Shown piece after piece: positions 7,785 to 16,238 of a stretch of 64,000 nucleotides of DNA (positions within the stretch are counted from its first letter, which is position 1; every line of letters begins with the position of its first letter). The stretch lies in IMG/VR virus record IMGVR_UViG_3300035088_000013, positions 22,303-86,302 of that record, one strand, 5' to 3'. Source of the DNA: a virus. The position numbers and the translations under genes are program-made. Below the pieces are notes generated by a model that was not told the DNA's origin, made no database searches, and saw only the letters and a list, made by a program, of their open reading frames with translations.

Positions 7785-8144
7785 ATGTTCACCACCTACG
7801 AGATCCTCACCGCCCGCATCGGCGCGACGTTCGACGGCCTGATCGTCGCGGACCGGTCCTGGCCCGCGGACGCGCCGAAGCCCGGCCCGGAGCTGGAGCC
7901 CGGCTCGGACGCCTGGTACGAGGCCATCGGCCCGGCGGGCACGGTGTACCTGACCTCCGACGGCCGCGGAGCGAACACCTACGGGTGGTGCGAGTGTGGC
8001 GGACAGACCGGCCAGGTGTGGTTCGACTCGCCCGGCATCGGCGAGGGCCAGGTGTGGGTGCGCTACGAGCGGTACACGCCCGCGGGGCGGGAGGCGCACG
8101 GGTGGGTGCACCAGGGCTGCCGGATGCTGCTGCAGGTCGGCTGA
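7785..8144 (+). CDS. Hypothetical protein (MFTTYEILTARIG...)
   Basis: GGGAGG SD + ATG 7785 after element 8. Confidence 0.8.
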   Translation: MFTTYEILTARIGATFDGLIVADRSWPADAPKPGPELEPGSDAWYEAIGPAGTVYLTSDGRGANTYGWCECGGQTGQVWFDSPGIGEGQVWVRYERYTPAGREAHGWVHQGCRMLLQVG

Positions 8145-8151
8145 GCGGGCC

Positions 8152-8179
8152 GGGGGTGTTGGCGATCGCCAACACCCCC
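8152..8179. terminator. Perfect 28-bp palindrome, likely terminator
   Basis: GGGGGTGTTGGCGATCGCCAACACCCCC between a stop codon and element 9. Confidence 0.55.
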
Positions 8180-8197
8180 CGGATCGGTTACCGAAAC

Positions 8198-8259
8198 CCT
8201 GTTGACATGACGCGGTTCATCGTGTTTACTTGACTTGTGCGGGGGGCTGGAGCCCCCGC
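8198..8259 (+). promoter_or_regulatory. Repeated promoter + hairpin element, copy 9
   Basis: TTGACA 8202-8207, 17 nt, TTTACT, hairpin. Confidence 0.85.
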
Positions 8260-8280
8260 CCCGCCCCAAGGAGGCCCCCG

Positions 8281-8598
8281 ATGGCGACGATGATCCGCTG
8301 CGGCACCTGCATCAACCGGCACGCGACCGTCGCGGATGTTCGCGAGTGCGCCGCGGAGTTCTACGACTACCAGGCCCAAAGCGAGGGTGAGATCTACGCC
8401 GAAGCGGTCATGTCCTGGGTGATGGGCGGCGGGAACCCCGAGGATGCCTCCCTCTACGCGGGAGTGATCGCCCGCGGCGGCGTCTGGAACGGCGGCATCG
8501 CACCCCCCGGCGACGACGACGGCGACGACGAGCTGTGCGAGCACGGCTTGTCCGCCCGGCTGTGCGTCGGCCCCTCCCACTACCCCCTGGACATGTGA
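8281..8598 (+). CDS. Cys/His-containing hypothetical protein
   Basis: AAGGAGG SD + ATG 8281; CGTC..H...C and CEHG....C...HY. Confidence 0.8.
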   Translation: MATMIRCGTCINRHATVADVRECAAEFYDYQAQSEGEIYAEAVMSWVMGGGNPEDASLYAGVIARGGVWNGGIAPPGDDDGDDELCEHGLSARLCVGPSHYPLDM

Positions 8599-8667
8599 CC
8601 ACCACCCCCCCCGGCCCCCGGGCGATCCCGCCCGGGGGGAACGTCAACGTTCCGGAAAGGACACACC

Positions 8668-8961
8668 ATGGCGACTCTCTCCCGCGACCAGTGGGAAAAG
8701 CTGCTCGACGCACTGGCCGACCTCGAGGCCATCGACGAGGGCCACCAGCCCCACCCCGACGACACCGACTGCGCCGCGTTCGTCCTCGCCAGCACCGGCC
8801 AGATCGTGCGGTTCGGCGGGTTCCTCGCCCAGGCGTTGACCAACGCCGGGCTCGGCGACTTCGACCGGGACCTGTTCTACGACGATGCCCGCACGGAGAT
8901 CATCGACCGCGGCCGGGTGCTGCTGTACTTCCGGTCCGTCACGATCGCGAAGGGAGAGTGA
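8668..8961 (+). CDS. Hypothetical protein
   Basis: GAAAGGA SD + ATG. Confidence 0.8.
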   Translation: MATLSRDQWEKLLDALADLEAIDEGHQPHPDDTDCAAFVLASTGQIVRFGGFLAQALTNAGLGDFDRDLFYDDARTEIIDRGRVLLYFRSVTIAKGE

Positions 8962-8963
8962 GC

Positions 8964-9209
8964 ATGGATTGGACGATGCCCGCGGAGTTGGAGCCGTACC
9001 GGGAGCTGATCACCAACACCGGCGGCAACACCGTGGAAAGGCTGATGAGCATCTATCTGGCCGGGGGTGAGGCCGGTGCCCGGATGATGCAGACGAACCT
9101 TCCGGTGTATCTGATGGCGTGCATGTGCGGCGCGCAGATCGCATTGCTGCGGGTGCTGGTGCGGGAGGGGAAGCTCCCCGCGCGCGGCCCGGCCGCTGGA
9201 GCGCGGTGA
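8964..9209 (+). CDS. Hypothetical protein (MDWTMPAELEPY...)
   Basis: GGGAG SD, ATG 8964. Confidence 0.7.
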   Translation: MDWTMPAELEPYRELITNTGGNTVERLMSIYLAGGEAGARMMQTNLPVYLMACMCGAQIALLRVLVREGKLPARGPAAGAR

Positions 9210-9448
9210 TGGGCCGCGCGTACGAGAAGCGGATGGCCCGGTTGCAGGCCGCGCAGGAAGCAACCGGCCGCGCCCCGGCTCCGGCGGGGCCGATGCACCG
9301 GGCCAGCCGGGAGGCGTTCGTGCGCGGTTTCGGCCTGTCGGCGGCGGCCGTCAAGCAGTTGGTCGACCGGTGGGAGGCTGACGCGGTGGCCTGTTACGAC
9401 AAGGGGTTCGACGACGGGCGGGAGTGGCAGGAGGAGCAGCAGGGGTGA
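9209..9448 (+). CDS. Hypothetical protein
   Basis: TGATG overlap. Confidence 0.65.
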   Translation: MGRAYEKRMARLQAAQEATGRAPAPAGPMHRASREAFVRGFGLSAAAVKQLVDRWEADAVACYDKGFDDGREWQEEQQG

Positions 9449-9669
9449 AGCGGCGGGGGTGGCTGGAGCGGCTGAGAGCCGATCTGCCGGGCTGGTACGT
9501 GTGGGCGACCGGGTACGGGAGGCAGTGGCATGCGGTGCCGCTGGCGGGCGGCTGGCGGGTCGGCCGGGCTCCCCGGGGGGCTCCGGGGCGGATCGACGCG
9601 CCGTCGCCGATCGTGTTGCGCAGTCTGGTGCGTCAGAAAGAACGAGACAACCCCACTCCACCCTGTTGA
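9445..9669 (+). CDS. Hypothetical Trp-rich protein
   Basis: GTGA overlap, GGAGGAG SD; stop inside the -35 box of element 10. Confidence 0.6.
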   Translation: MKRRGWLERLRADLPGWYVWATGYGRQWHAVPLAGGWRVGRAPRGAPGRIDAPSPIVLRSLVRQKERDNPTPPC

Positions 9670-9725
9670 CATCCGAACGGGTGACGTGTTTACTTGGTTT
9701 GTGAGCGGGGGGCTGGAGCCCCCGC
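9662..9725 (+). promoter_or_regulatory. Repeated promoter + hairpin element, copy 10
   Basis: TTGACA 9666-9671, 17 nt, TTTACT, hairpin. Confidence 0.85.
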
Positions 9726-9748
9726 CCCAACCCGGAGAGGCAACCACC

Positions 9749-10135
9749 ATGAGCCGTGAACTCACCCCCTGGGCCGCGACCGCGAAGGCCACCCGCACCG
9801 CGATCAAGGCCCGCCGTGACGAGCTGGGCATCCCGGCCACCGCCACGATCAAGGTCACCTCCGACTCCTTCGCCGGGGGCGCGTCGGTGGACGTGTGGAT
9901 CGGCGACGCCGACTCATGGGCGTGGCGGACCGCGACCGACCTCGATCGCGCCCGGAACACCTGGCTGACCCCGGGGGAGCGGGTCCTCACCGCACAGGCC
10001 AAGGCCACGGGGGACGCGATCGAGGCCGTCCTCCGGGAGGTTCGCACGGCCGGTTACATCTGGGGATCGGTCACCTACGAGGGCACCGTCATCGGATCGC
10101 TGGCCCGTGCGGGCTGGCAGCCGGGCCAGGACTGA
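9749..10135 (+). CDS. Hypothetical protein (MSRELTPWAATAK...)
   Basis: GGAGAGG SD + ATG 9749 after element 10. Confidence 0.8.
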   Translation: MSRELTPWAATAKATRTAIKARRDELGIPATATIKVTSDSFAGGASVDVWIGDADSWAWRTATDLDRARNTWLTPGERVLTAQAKATGDAIEAVLREVRTAGYIWGSVTYEGTVIGSLARAGWQPGQD

Positions 10136-10152
10136 GAGAGAGGTCTACGGTC

Positions 10153-10407
10153 ATGTATTTGTTCGCGGACCCCGAGGCGATCATCTGCGCGGCGCGCATG
10201 ATCACCCGGGACTGGGGGTCGACCGGCTACGCGGTCTCGGCCGTCACCGGCGGCCCCCGCCGGTCGGTTGTCCTCGAGGTGACCTGCTCCGACGGGGGCC
10301 GGTTCCACGTCGGATCCACCCGGCACGGCAACACCACCCACGCCGACACCTTCACCCAGGTGCTCGACTGGCTCACCGCCCGAACCGAGGAGGAAGCACG
10401 ACCATGA
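10153..10407 (+). CDS. Hypothetical protein
   Basis: GAGAGG SD + ATG 10153. Confidence 0.75.
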   Translation: MYLFADPEAIICAARMITRDWGSTGYAVSAVTGGPRRSVVLEVTCSDGGRFHVGSTRHGNTTHADTFTQVLDWLTARTEEEARP

Positions 10408-12896
10408 GCGCCGACAACCCGGAAACGGTGCGCGCACTGCTGGTGCGGCCGGGCGAGGAGCCGCGGATCGCGAAGATCCCGACCGGCGACCAACCAGCAT
10501 ACGAGGCCGTCCGCGGCATGGTCGGCGGCACCCTCGAGGTGTTCGGCGGCGGCGACTGGCACGCCTACTCCGATGAGGACTACATCGCGAAGGACCTGCC
10601 CGTGAACGTGTTCGCGGCGCGCCTGCTCGAGGAGCTGGAGCCGGGGCGCGGCCGGGCGCACATCCGGGGGCCGGTGGTGTTCCTCGGCACCGGCGAGCAC
10701 GGCAAAGAGTACGACGTACCGTCCCGGATCGAGGATTTGGCCCGGCGGATGACCGCGGGATCCCTGCTCGCCGAGTGGACCGACGACGGGGCGATCCCCC
10801 TCGCCCCGGCGGCCGGGAAGGACGCGCAACTGTTGCAGGTCGCCGCGTCGATCATCCGGCAGACGGTGATCTCCCACGGCTGGAAAGACGTCGCGAACGC
10901 GGTCCCGTGCGTCCGGGTCGGGCAACAGGTCCTCGAACGGCTCGGGCACACCGCCGTGCCGGTGCCGGTGGGGTTCATGGCGTTGTCGGAGCTGTGCGCG
11001 CAAACCGGCGGCCGCCAAGGCCATTGCATCGGCGTCCTCGGCACCGGGCAGACCGACCCGCACGGCCCGAACGGGGGCAGCTGGGACGGGCATCTGGTGC
11101 TGCTGGTCGACGGGGTGTGGCTGCTGGACATCGCCGCACCCATGTTCGACCGCCCCGCGCAAGGGATCCGCATGCCGGAGGCGTTTCTGGCCCGGCTCCC
11201 CGAACCCCGGCCGGGCGGGCTGGCCGCGGGGGCGCGGCTGGCGATCACCCGCCGGGACGGGTCGGTGGTGCGGTACACGGTGAACGCCTTGACCTCCTGG
11301 CGGGACATGATCGACTGGGCGGGCCGCTCCGACCGGGTCGAGGCCGCGACCATGGAGGCGCTGCGGCTGCTCGGCCCGTACACGCGGATGGACGACGACG
11401 CGTACGGCGGCGAGCAGTGGCTGAAGCGGCCGTGGTATTGCGCCACCTGCCATCAAGGGGTGCGGCGGATGAACCTCCCCGACGGGACGGTCCAATACGC
11501 GCACGCCCGCCCGTGGGAGGTCACCGACGGCCACCCGGTCATGCCCGAGCAGATCGACGACATCACCAAGGTCAAGCTGGTCTGCGACTTCTGCCTGGAC
11601 CCGGACCCCGTATGGGCGTACACCGGCCCGAACATCATCAAAAAGTCGATCGTCTCCCCCCTCACCGGCCAAGTGGTTGCCCCGGGCAAGGAGGGCCTGG
11701 AGGGGCTGGGCACCCTCTGGTCGGGCTGCAACATCTGCGACCGGTACGTCCTCGAGGGCGACCTCGAGGGCCTCGCCGCGTCGGTGCTGCGGTCGAAAGC
11801 GAACCGCGGCACCCGCGACCCGCACGTCATCGCGGAATGGCGGCGCACCAACATGGCCCGATGGCAGCAGTTCATCCCGAACATCACCCGACGCCGGTTG
11901 ATCAACCCCCCGGCCCTGGACCCGATCAACCCGCGGAACATGCCGCGGATCCGTAACCGGCTGATCCGGTTCCTGTCCGACGAGAACTTCTCCGCGTTCG
12001 GCTCACCCAAGGTCATGATCCTGCCCGGGCCGGACGCGGGATTCCCCGACGACCTGACCGTCATGACGACCAACCCCGCCGAGGACGTGGGTGAGGCGTA
12101 CTGCGCCCGGATCGTGCGGGGGCTGGAGCTGGCGGAGCTGTACCACGTGTCGGAGGACTTCACCGGGCTGGCCTTGTCGTCCGGCGCGGACCTGACCGAC
12201 CTGTCGGTCACCCCGGAGGAATTGCCGTCCCCGCACGGCATGATCATGTGGCAGGTGCCGATCATGACCGCCGACGCCCGGCACACCCCCGGCGCGGACG
12301 AGGCGCAGATCATCTGCGCGTCGTGGACGACGATCTCCGGGCTCGGCGTGTGGATCAACTGGTACGTGCGCACCGACCAGATCAACCCCGGCAACACCCT
12401 CATGCGGGAGGCGGCGGGGTTGCTGCTGCCGTGGGCGAACGGGTCCGGCCTCCGATTCGGCGAACCCGTCAAGGGCACCGTGGGTGAGCCGGAGGACGGG
12501 CACCCCGCCCACGACCCGGACGGCATGGGCAGCTTCCGGACGCTTTTGGCGACGTGGTTTTTGATCAACCAGCCGGGCGTCGCGCAGCAGCAGGTCGAGG
12601 TGACCAACGACAAGCAGCTGATCAAACGCGCCCGGCGGGAAGGCCGTCAACCGCCGACGGTGCGGCTGGTCGACCTGCGGCACGCGAAGGCGCACCGGGC
12701 GGCGGCGGTCGACGGCGGCCCGACCGGCCGCCAGGTCACCGTCCGGTTCCCGGTCCGCGGGCACTGGCGTCGGCAGGCGTACGGGCCGAAGCGGGGGCTG
12801 CGCCGGTCGATGTATATCGCCCCGTTCATGAAGGGGCCGGAGGGTGCCCCCCTGAAATCCGGTGGCACGGTCCCGGTCGTGCGGGTCCTCCAGTAG
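10404..12896 (+). CDS. Large multidomain protein: DUF3846-like N-terminus, possible Cys-His-Asp catalytic domain, Zn ribbons, C-terminal VRGHWR motif domain
   Basis: GAGGAGG SD, ATGA overlap; VGG.LE...DE....LPVN...GPVVFLG; PCV...GHLVLLVDG.WLLD; CATC, CDFC, CNIC; VRGHWRRQAYGP. Confidence 0.75.
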   Translation: MSADNPETVRALLVRPGEEPRIAKIPTGDQPAYEAVRGMVGGTLEVFGGGDWHAYSDEDYIAKDLPVNVFAARLLEELEPGRGRAHIRGPVVFLGTGEHGKEYDVPSRIEDLARRMTAGSLLAEWTDDGAIPLAPAAGKDAQLLQVAASIIRQTVISHGWKDVANAVPCVRVGQQVLERLGHTAVPVPVGFMALSELCAQTGGRQGHCIGVLGTGQTDPHGPNGGSWDGHLVLLVDGVWLLDIAAPMFDRPAQGIRMPEAFLARLPEPRPGGLAAGARLAITRRDGSVVRYTVNALTSWRDMIDWAGRSDRVEAATMEALRLLGPYTRMDDDAYGGEQWLKRPWYCATCHQGVRRMNLPDGTVQYAHARPWEVTDGHPVMPEQIDDITKVKLVCDFCLDPDPVWAYTGPNIIKKSIVSPLTGQVVAPGKEGLEGLGTLWSGCNICDRYVLEGDLEGLAASVLRSKANRGTRDPHVIAEWRRTNMARWQQFIPNITRRRLINPPALDPINPRNMPRIRNRLIRFLSDENFSAFGSPKVMILPGPDAGFPDDLTVMTTNPAEDVGEAYCARIVRGLELAELYHVSEDFTGLALSSGADLTDLSVTPEELPSPHGMIMWQVPIMTADARHTPGADEAQIICASWTTISGLGVWINWYVRTDQINPGNTLMREAAGLLLPWANGSGLRFGEPVKGTVGEPEDGHPAHDPDGMGSFRTLLATWFLINQPGVAQQQVEVTNDKQLIKRARREGRQPPTVRLVDLRHAKAHRAAAVDGGPTGRQVTVRFPVRGHWRRQAYGPKRGLRRSMYIAPFMKGPEGAPLKSGGTVPVVRVLQ

Positions 12897-12908
12897 CCAC
12901 ACCCCCGC

Positions 12909-12945
12909 GGGAACGGCCCTCAGCGCGACGCTGGGGGCTTTTCCC
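12909..12945 (+). terminator. Terminator ending the early arm
   Basis: GGCCCTCAGCG / CGCTGGGGGCT stem followed by T-run. Confidence 0.6.
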
Positions 12946-13055
12946 GTTGCGGCCCCGGCGTGGGGTGACCGGCCGGGGCGGCGGGGTGTGGCTGGTCGCT
13001 GGGGGATGTTGGTAAACGACCACGGGGCCGCCCGGGTTGTGCCTACGGTCCGGAT

Positions 13056-13604
13056 ATGACCGATACGGGGGACACGGCGGCGCTCGAGGGCGACAACCCA
13101 GAGCTGGACACGGAGGACGACGACCCGGAACTGGACACGGAGGACGACGACCCGGAACTGGATCTGGGTTCGGACCTGGCCGCCGAGCTGGACGACGAAC
13201 CGGACCCGGCCCTGGTCGACGGCGACCCGGGCGAGCCGGAGGAGCCTTTGCCGGTCTACACCGGCACCTGCCATGACGGGCCGTGGGACGGGCTGAAGCT
13301 GTCGATCCGGTACCCGAAGGGGTTCCTGCTGATCGACAGGCCGAGCGTCCAGGTGTGGATCTACGACCGGCACGAGGACACCGGGGACTTCTACGCGCGT
13401 ACCCCGGACCCGAAGGCACTTCTCGAGGACGGGGAGCGCAACCGGTGGCGGGCCGCGGAGGAACCGAACTACGACCTGCTGGTGCTGGGGTCGCAGATCG
13501 CCGAGGACGACCCCGGCGACGACGGCACCTTCGACGACGGCACCTCCGACGACGACGACGGCACCTTCGACGACGACGGCACCGGCACCCCGGGGGAGGC
13601 GTAA
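13056..13604 (+). CDS. Highly acidic hypothetical protein with tandem repeats
   Basis: DDDPELDTE and DDGTF repeats flank a C.DGPWDG core. Confidence 0.75.
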   Translation: MTDTGDTAALEGDNPELDTEDDDPELDTEDDDPELDLGSDLAAELDDEPDPALVDGDPGEPEEPLPVYTGTCHDGPWDGLKLSIRYPKGFLLIDRPSVQVWIYDRHEDTGDFYARTPDPKALLEDGERNRWRAAEEPNYDLLVLGSQIAEDDPGDDGTFDDGTSDDDDGTFDDDGTGTPGEA

Positions 13605-13607
13605 GCG

Positions 13608-14456
13608 ATGGCGACGGTCGCGTACCAGCAGATGAAGGACTTCGCCAAGGGCTGGGAGAGGATCTTCCGGTCGGCGGTGTGCTCAGGAATCGCAGGTGAC
13701 AAACGCCACCAAAGGGCCGGAGGCTACCATATCGGCCGTAAGTATCAGAGCAGGTCGAACTACTCGGTGATCCGGCCCGACGACCGGCGCGGGCAAGGCC
13801 CCGACGACGGATCGTCCGCCGTGGACATCACCATGAACCGCTCCGACATGATCTTGTGCACCAACCGGTTGCGGGCCTGCTACAACAACCCGAACGACCC
13901 CCGCCGCAAGTACCTCAACGGCTTCAACGGCTGGATCGGGCGCGGCGCGGCGACCCGCTACGACGTCTACGCCCGGCGCACCAAGGCCGCCACTTCGGAC
14001 CATAAATGGCACGTTCACCTCGAGCAGCGCAGGCGCTGGATCCGGGACGCCACCAGCAACGCCGCGATCCTGTCGATCCTGCGCGGCGAGTCGGTGCAAA
14101 CCTGGCTCAAATCACGGGGGGTCAAACCGGCCGCCAAGCCCGCCCCGAAACCCGTCAAGCCCGCCCCGGGCAAGCCCGCCCCGAAGCCGAAACCGGCCGG
14201 GATCAAGGCCCCCCCATACCCGGGGCGCGTGCTGAAACGCAACGACCGGCAGGCCAAACCCGACGGGGCCGTCAAGCAGTGGCAGCAGCGGATGCGTGAG
14301 CGGGGCTGGACGTCGATCGGCCCGGCGGACGGCTTCGCCGGACGGAAGTTCGAGACCGTCGTCAAAGCATGGCAGAAGCAATGCCGACTCCCGGCGGACG
14401 GGCAGGTCGGCCCGAAGACGTGGCCGACCCCGTGGACCCGACCGCTGGGGGGCTGA
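13608..14456 (+). CDS. Endolysin (probable Zn peptidase + Pro/Lys linker + peptidoglycan-binding domain)
   Basis: GD..H...GYH...AVDI...DHKWHVH; C-terminal VKQWQ...ADG..G...VKAWQ...ADGQVGPKTW. Confidence 0.85.
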   Translation: MATVAYQQMKDFAKGWERIFRSAVCSGIAGDKRHQRAGGYHIGRKYQSRSNYSVIRPDDRRGQGPDDGSSAVDITMNRSDMILCTNRLRACYNNPNDPRRKYLNGFNGWIGRGAATRYDVYARRTKAATSDHKWHVHLEQRRRWIRDATSNAAILSILRGESVQTWLKSRGVKPAAKPAPKPVKPAPGKPAPKPKPAGIKAPPYPGRVLKRNDRQAKPDGAVKQWQQRMRERGWTSIGPADGFAGRKFETVVKAWQKQCRLPADGQVGPKTWPTPWTRPLGG

Positions 14457-14712
14457 AGCTCGGCTGGCCACCCCGGCACCGACGCCCGCCGGGGTCCTTT
14501 CGGCCAGCCGCCGCCGATCCTGTCACCCGCCCTTTCCGCCGAGCGCCAAATGGACCGGGGGAGCTGCCAGCAGGAGCGGACGGCACCCGATGAATCAAGC
14601 GGCGTCACATAGATGGGGTGGACGCCCGGGGGGATAGAGGCCCCGGCACCGCGAAGCACCGGGGACGAATCACCGGGCGTCCACCCCCACCACGACAGAC
14701 GAGGTGCACACC

Positions 14713-15552
14713 ATGGCATCGACCGCACCGAACCCGAAGCTCGCCAAGCTGGAGATCGGCCCCCTCGAGGTCGGGGTCAACGTGACCCCGGCCGAATACT
14801 CGAAATGGTTCCCGAAGTTCACCACCCCGCCCGCGTTCACCCGCGTGTTCTTCCCCTCCGGCAAGGGCCTCTACCCGGTCAACAGCAAAGTCATCACCAA
14901 CCTGCCCGCGGGGACACTGCCGTGGTGCTCCCACAAGGACGAGGTGCCCGTCAAACAGGTCGGCGACTTCTGGACCAGGTTGCTGCTACAGGAAAAACCC
15001 GCCCCCGGCCGGAAGATCCAATGGACCTTCCGCCACGAGGGCGAAGACTACGACCGGGAGAAATTCATCAAATACTGGCGCGACCTCCGTTTGATGTGGA
15101 ACGACCACCCCCAACGCGAGAAGGTGGAGCTCGTCAACATTCACACCCTGTATCCGTCGCGGTGGAAATCGATGAACACCGACTGGCGGAAATGGATGCT
15201 GCCGGGGGTGACACACATCGACGGATGGGACTGCTACCCGCCGCAGGCGTTCGACGTGTACGAGCCACCCGGCAGCATCTTCGGCATGGCCGTCGCCGGT
15301 TCACGCGAGTTCGGCATGCCCTACTGCATCCCCGAATGGGGGGTCGGTTTGCGCGGCGGCGACAAGGGCGAGAAACGGGCCTCGTACTTCAAAGACGGCT
15401 TCAAATATTTGGCGGCGACCGGCTGCCGGTACCTCGGATTGTGGTGCTCGTCGGAAACCCTCGGCGGGAAATTCGTCGACTACCGGCCCCACGACAAACC
15501 GACCCTGGACGTGTGGAACAACGCCTTCAGCACACACCGAGCCAAATACTAA
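14713..15552 (+). CDS. Clan GH-A (GH26-like) glycoside hydrolase
   Basis: FRHEG acid/base, DGWDCY, IPEWG nucleophile-like motifs; GAGG SD. Confidence 0.6.
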   Translation: MASTAPNPKLAKLEIGPLEVGVNVTPAEYSKWFPKFTTPPAFTRVFFPSGKGLYPVNSKVITNLPAGTLPWCSHKDEVPVKQVGDFWTRLLLQEKPAPGRKIQWTFRHEGEDYDREKFIKYWRDLRLMWNDHPQREKVELVNIHTLYPSRWKSMNTDWRKWMLPGVTHIDGWDCYPPQAFDVYEPPGSIFGMAVAGSREFGMPYCIPEWGVGLRGGDKGEKRASYFKDGFKYLAATGCRYLGLWCSSETLGGKFVDYRPHDKPTLDVWNNAFSTHRAKY

Positions 15553-15568
15553 CGGGGGGCTGGTCACC

Positions 15569-15976
15569 ATGCTGGATATGCTGCTCGCTCAAGACACGAC
15601 GGCCGAGGGAACCGAAAACGCGGACGACCTCGCCTGGAATCTGACCTTCGCGATCCTGGTTCTACCGCCGGTCATTTCCATCATCAACCAAAAGCATTGG
15701 CGGCAGGAATACAAGGCGCTGACGGCGGTCGCGGTGTGCATCGTCTACTCGATGATCGTCACCGTCTTCCGGCCCGGCGCGGACTTGAAGGACTGGCGTA
15801 ACACGATCGCGGAGACACTCATCGGAACGTGCGCGGTGTACAAGATTTTTTGGAATCCGTCCACGCTGGGGCCGAAACTCGAGGCGGCGACCTCGTTCCG
15901 CCGTGCCGGTGTCGACGACACCGCGGTCACGGCGACCCTGGACGACCAGACGTTCACCCAACGCCTCTCCTCGTGA
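15569..15976 (+). CDS. Holin-like membrane protein
   Basis: Two to three hydrophobic helices; position in the lysis cassette. Confidence 0.7.
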   Translation: MLDMLLAQDTTAEGTENADDLAWNLTFAILVLPPVISIINQKHWRQEYKALTAVAVCIVYSMIVTVFRPGADLKDWRNTIAETLIGTCAVYKIFWNPSTLGPKLEAATSFRRAGVDDTAVTATLDDQTFTQRLSS

Positions 15977-16212
15977 GCGGCCTGCGGGTCGAACAATACG
16001 AGCAATGGTGGTCCGACAACACCGGCGACGACGGCGCACCGCTGGCGGAGCTGGGGCCGGTCGTGGTGACCCTCGCCCGCCACGTGCAGGCCCTCCGCGC
16101 GCGGATCGACCTGCTGCCCGACCCCGGCTTCGCCCCGGGAAGCAACGCGACCAGCTGCGCATGCGCATACGACCACCCGGACGCGGTATGCATGCAGCAC
16201 CTGATCCGCTGA
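15973..16212 (+). CDS. Hypothetical protein
   Basis: GTGA overlap; CACAYDHP..VCM.H. Confidence 0.6.
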   Translation: MSGLRVEQYEQWWSDNTGDDGAPLAELGPVVVTLARHVQALRARIDLLPDPGFAPGSNATSCACAYDHPDAVCMQHLIR

Positions 16213-16238
16213 ACCCCGGGCCCGGCCGCAACCAGAGG

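Noticed and set aside
358-9725. CRISPR array
   Set aside because: Repeats are 0.36-1.9 kb apart and separated by whole genes; no cas genes seen
358-9725. Integron attC cassette array
   Set aside because: No RYYYAAC...GTTRRRY dyad spanning the element; it has promoter geometry; the recombinase looks Cre-like rather than IntI-like
25-9730. Recurring peptide VFTWFVSGGGLEPPP in several track ORFs
   Set aside because: It is the noncoding repeat translated in upstream ORF extensions; true starts with SD lie after the hairpin
14581-14690. Hammerhead ribozyme or riboswitch
   Set aside because: CCGATGA/GACGAAT only loosely resemble the CUGAUGA/GAAA core and the helices do not fit; kept as an unassigned hairpin
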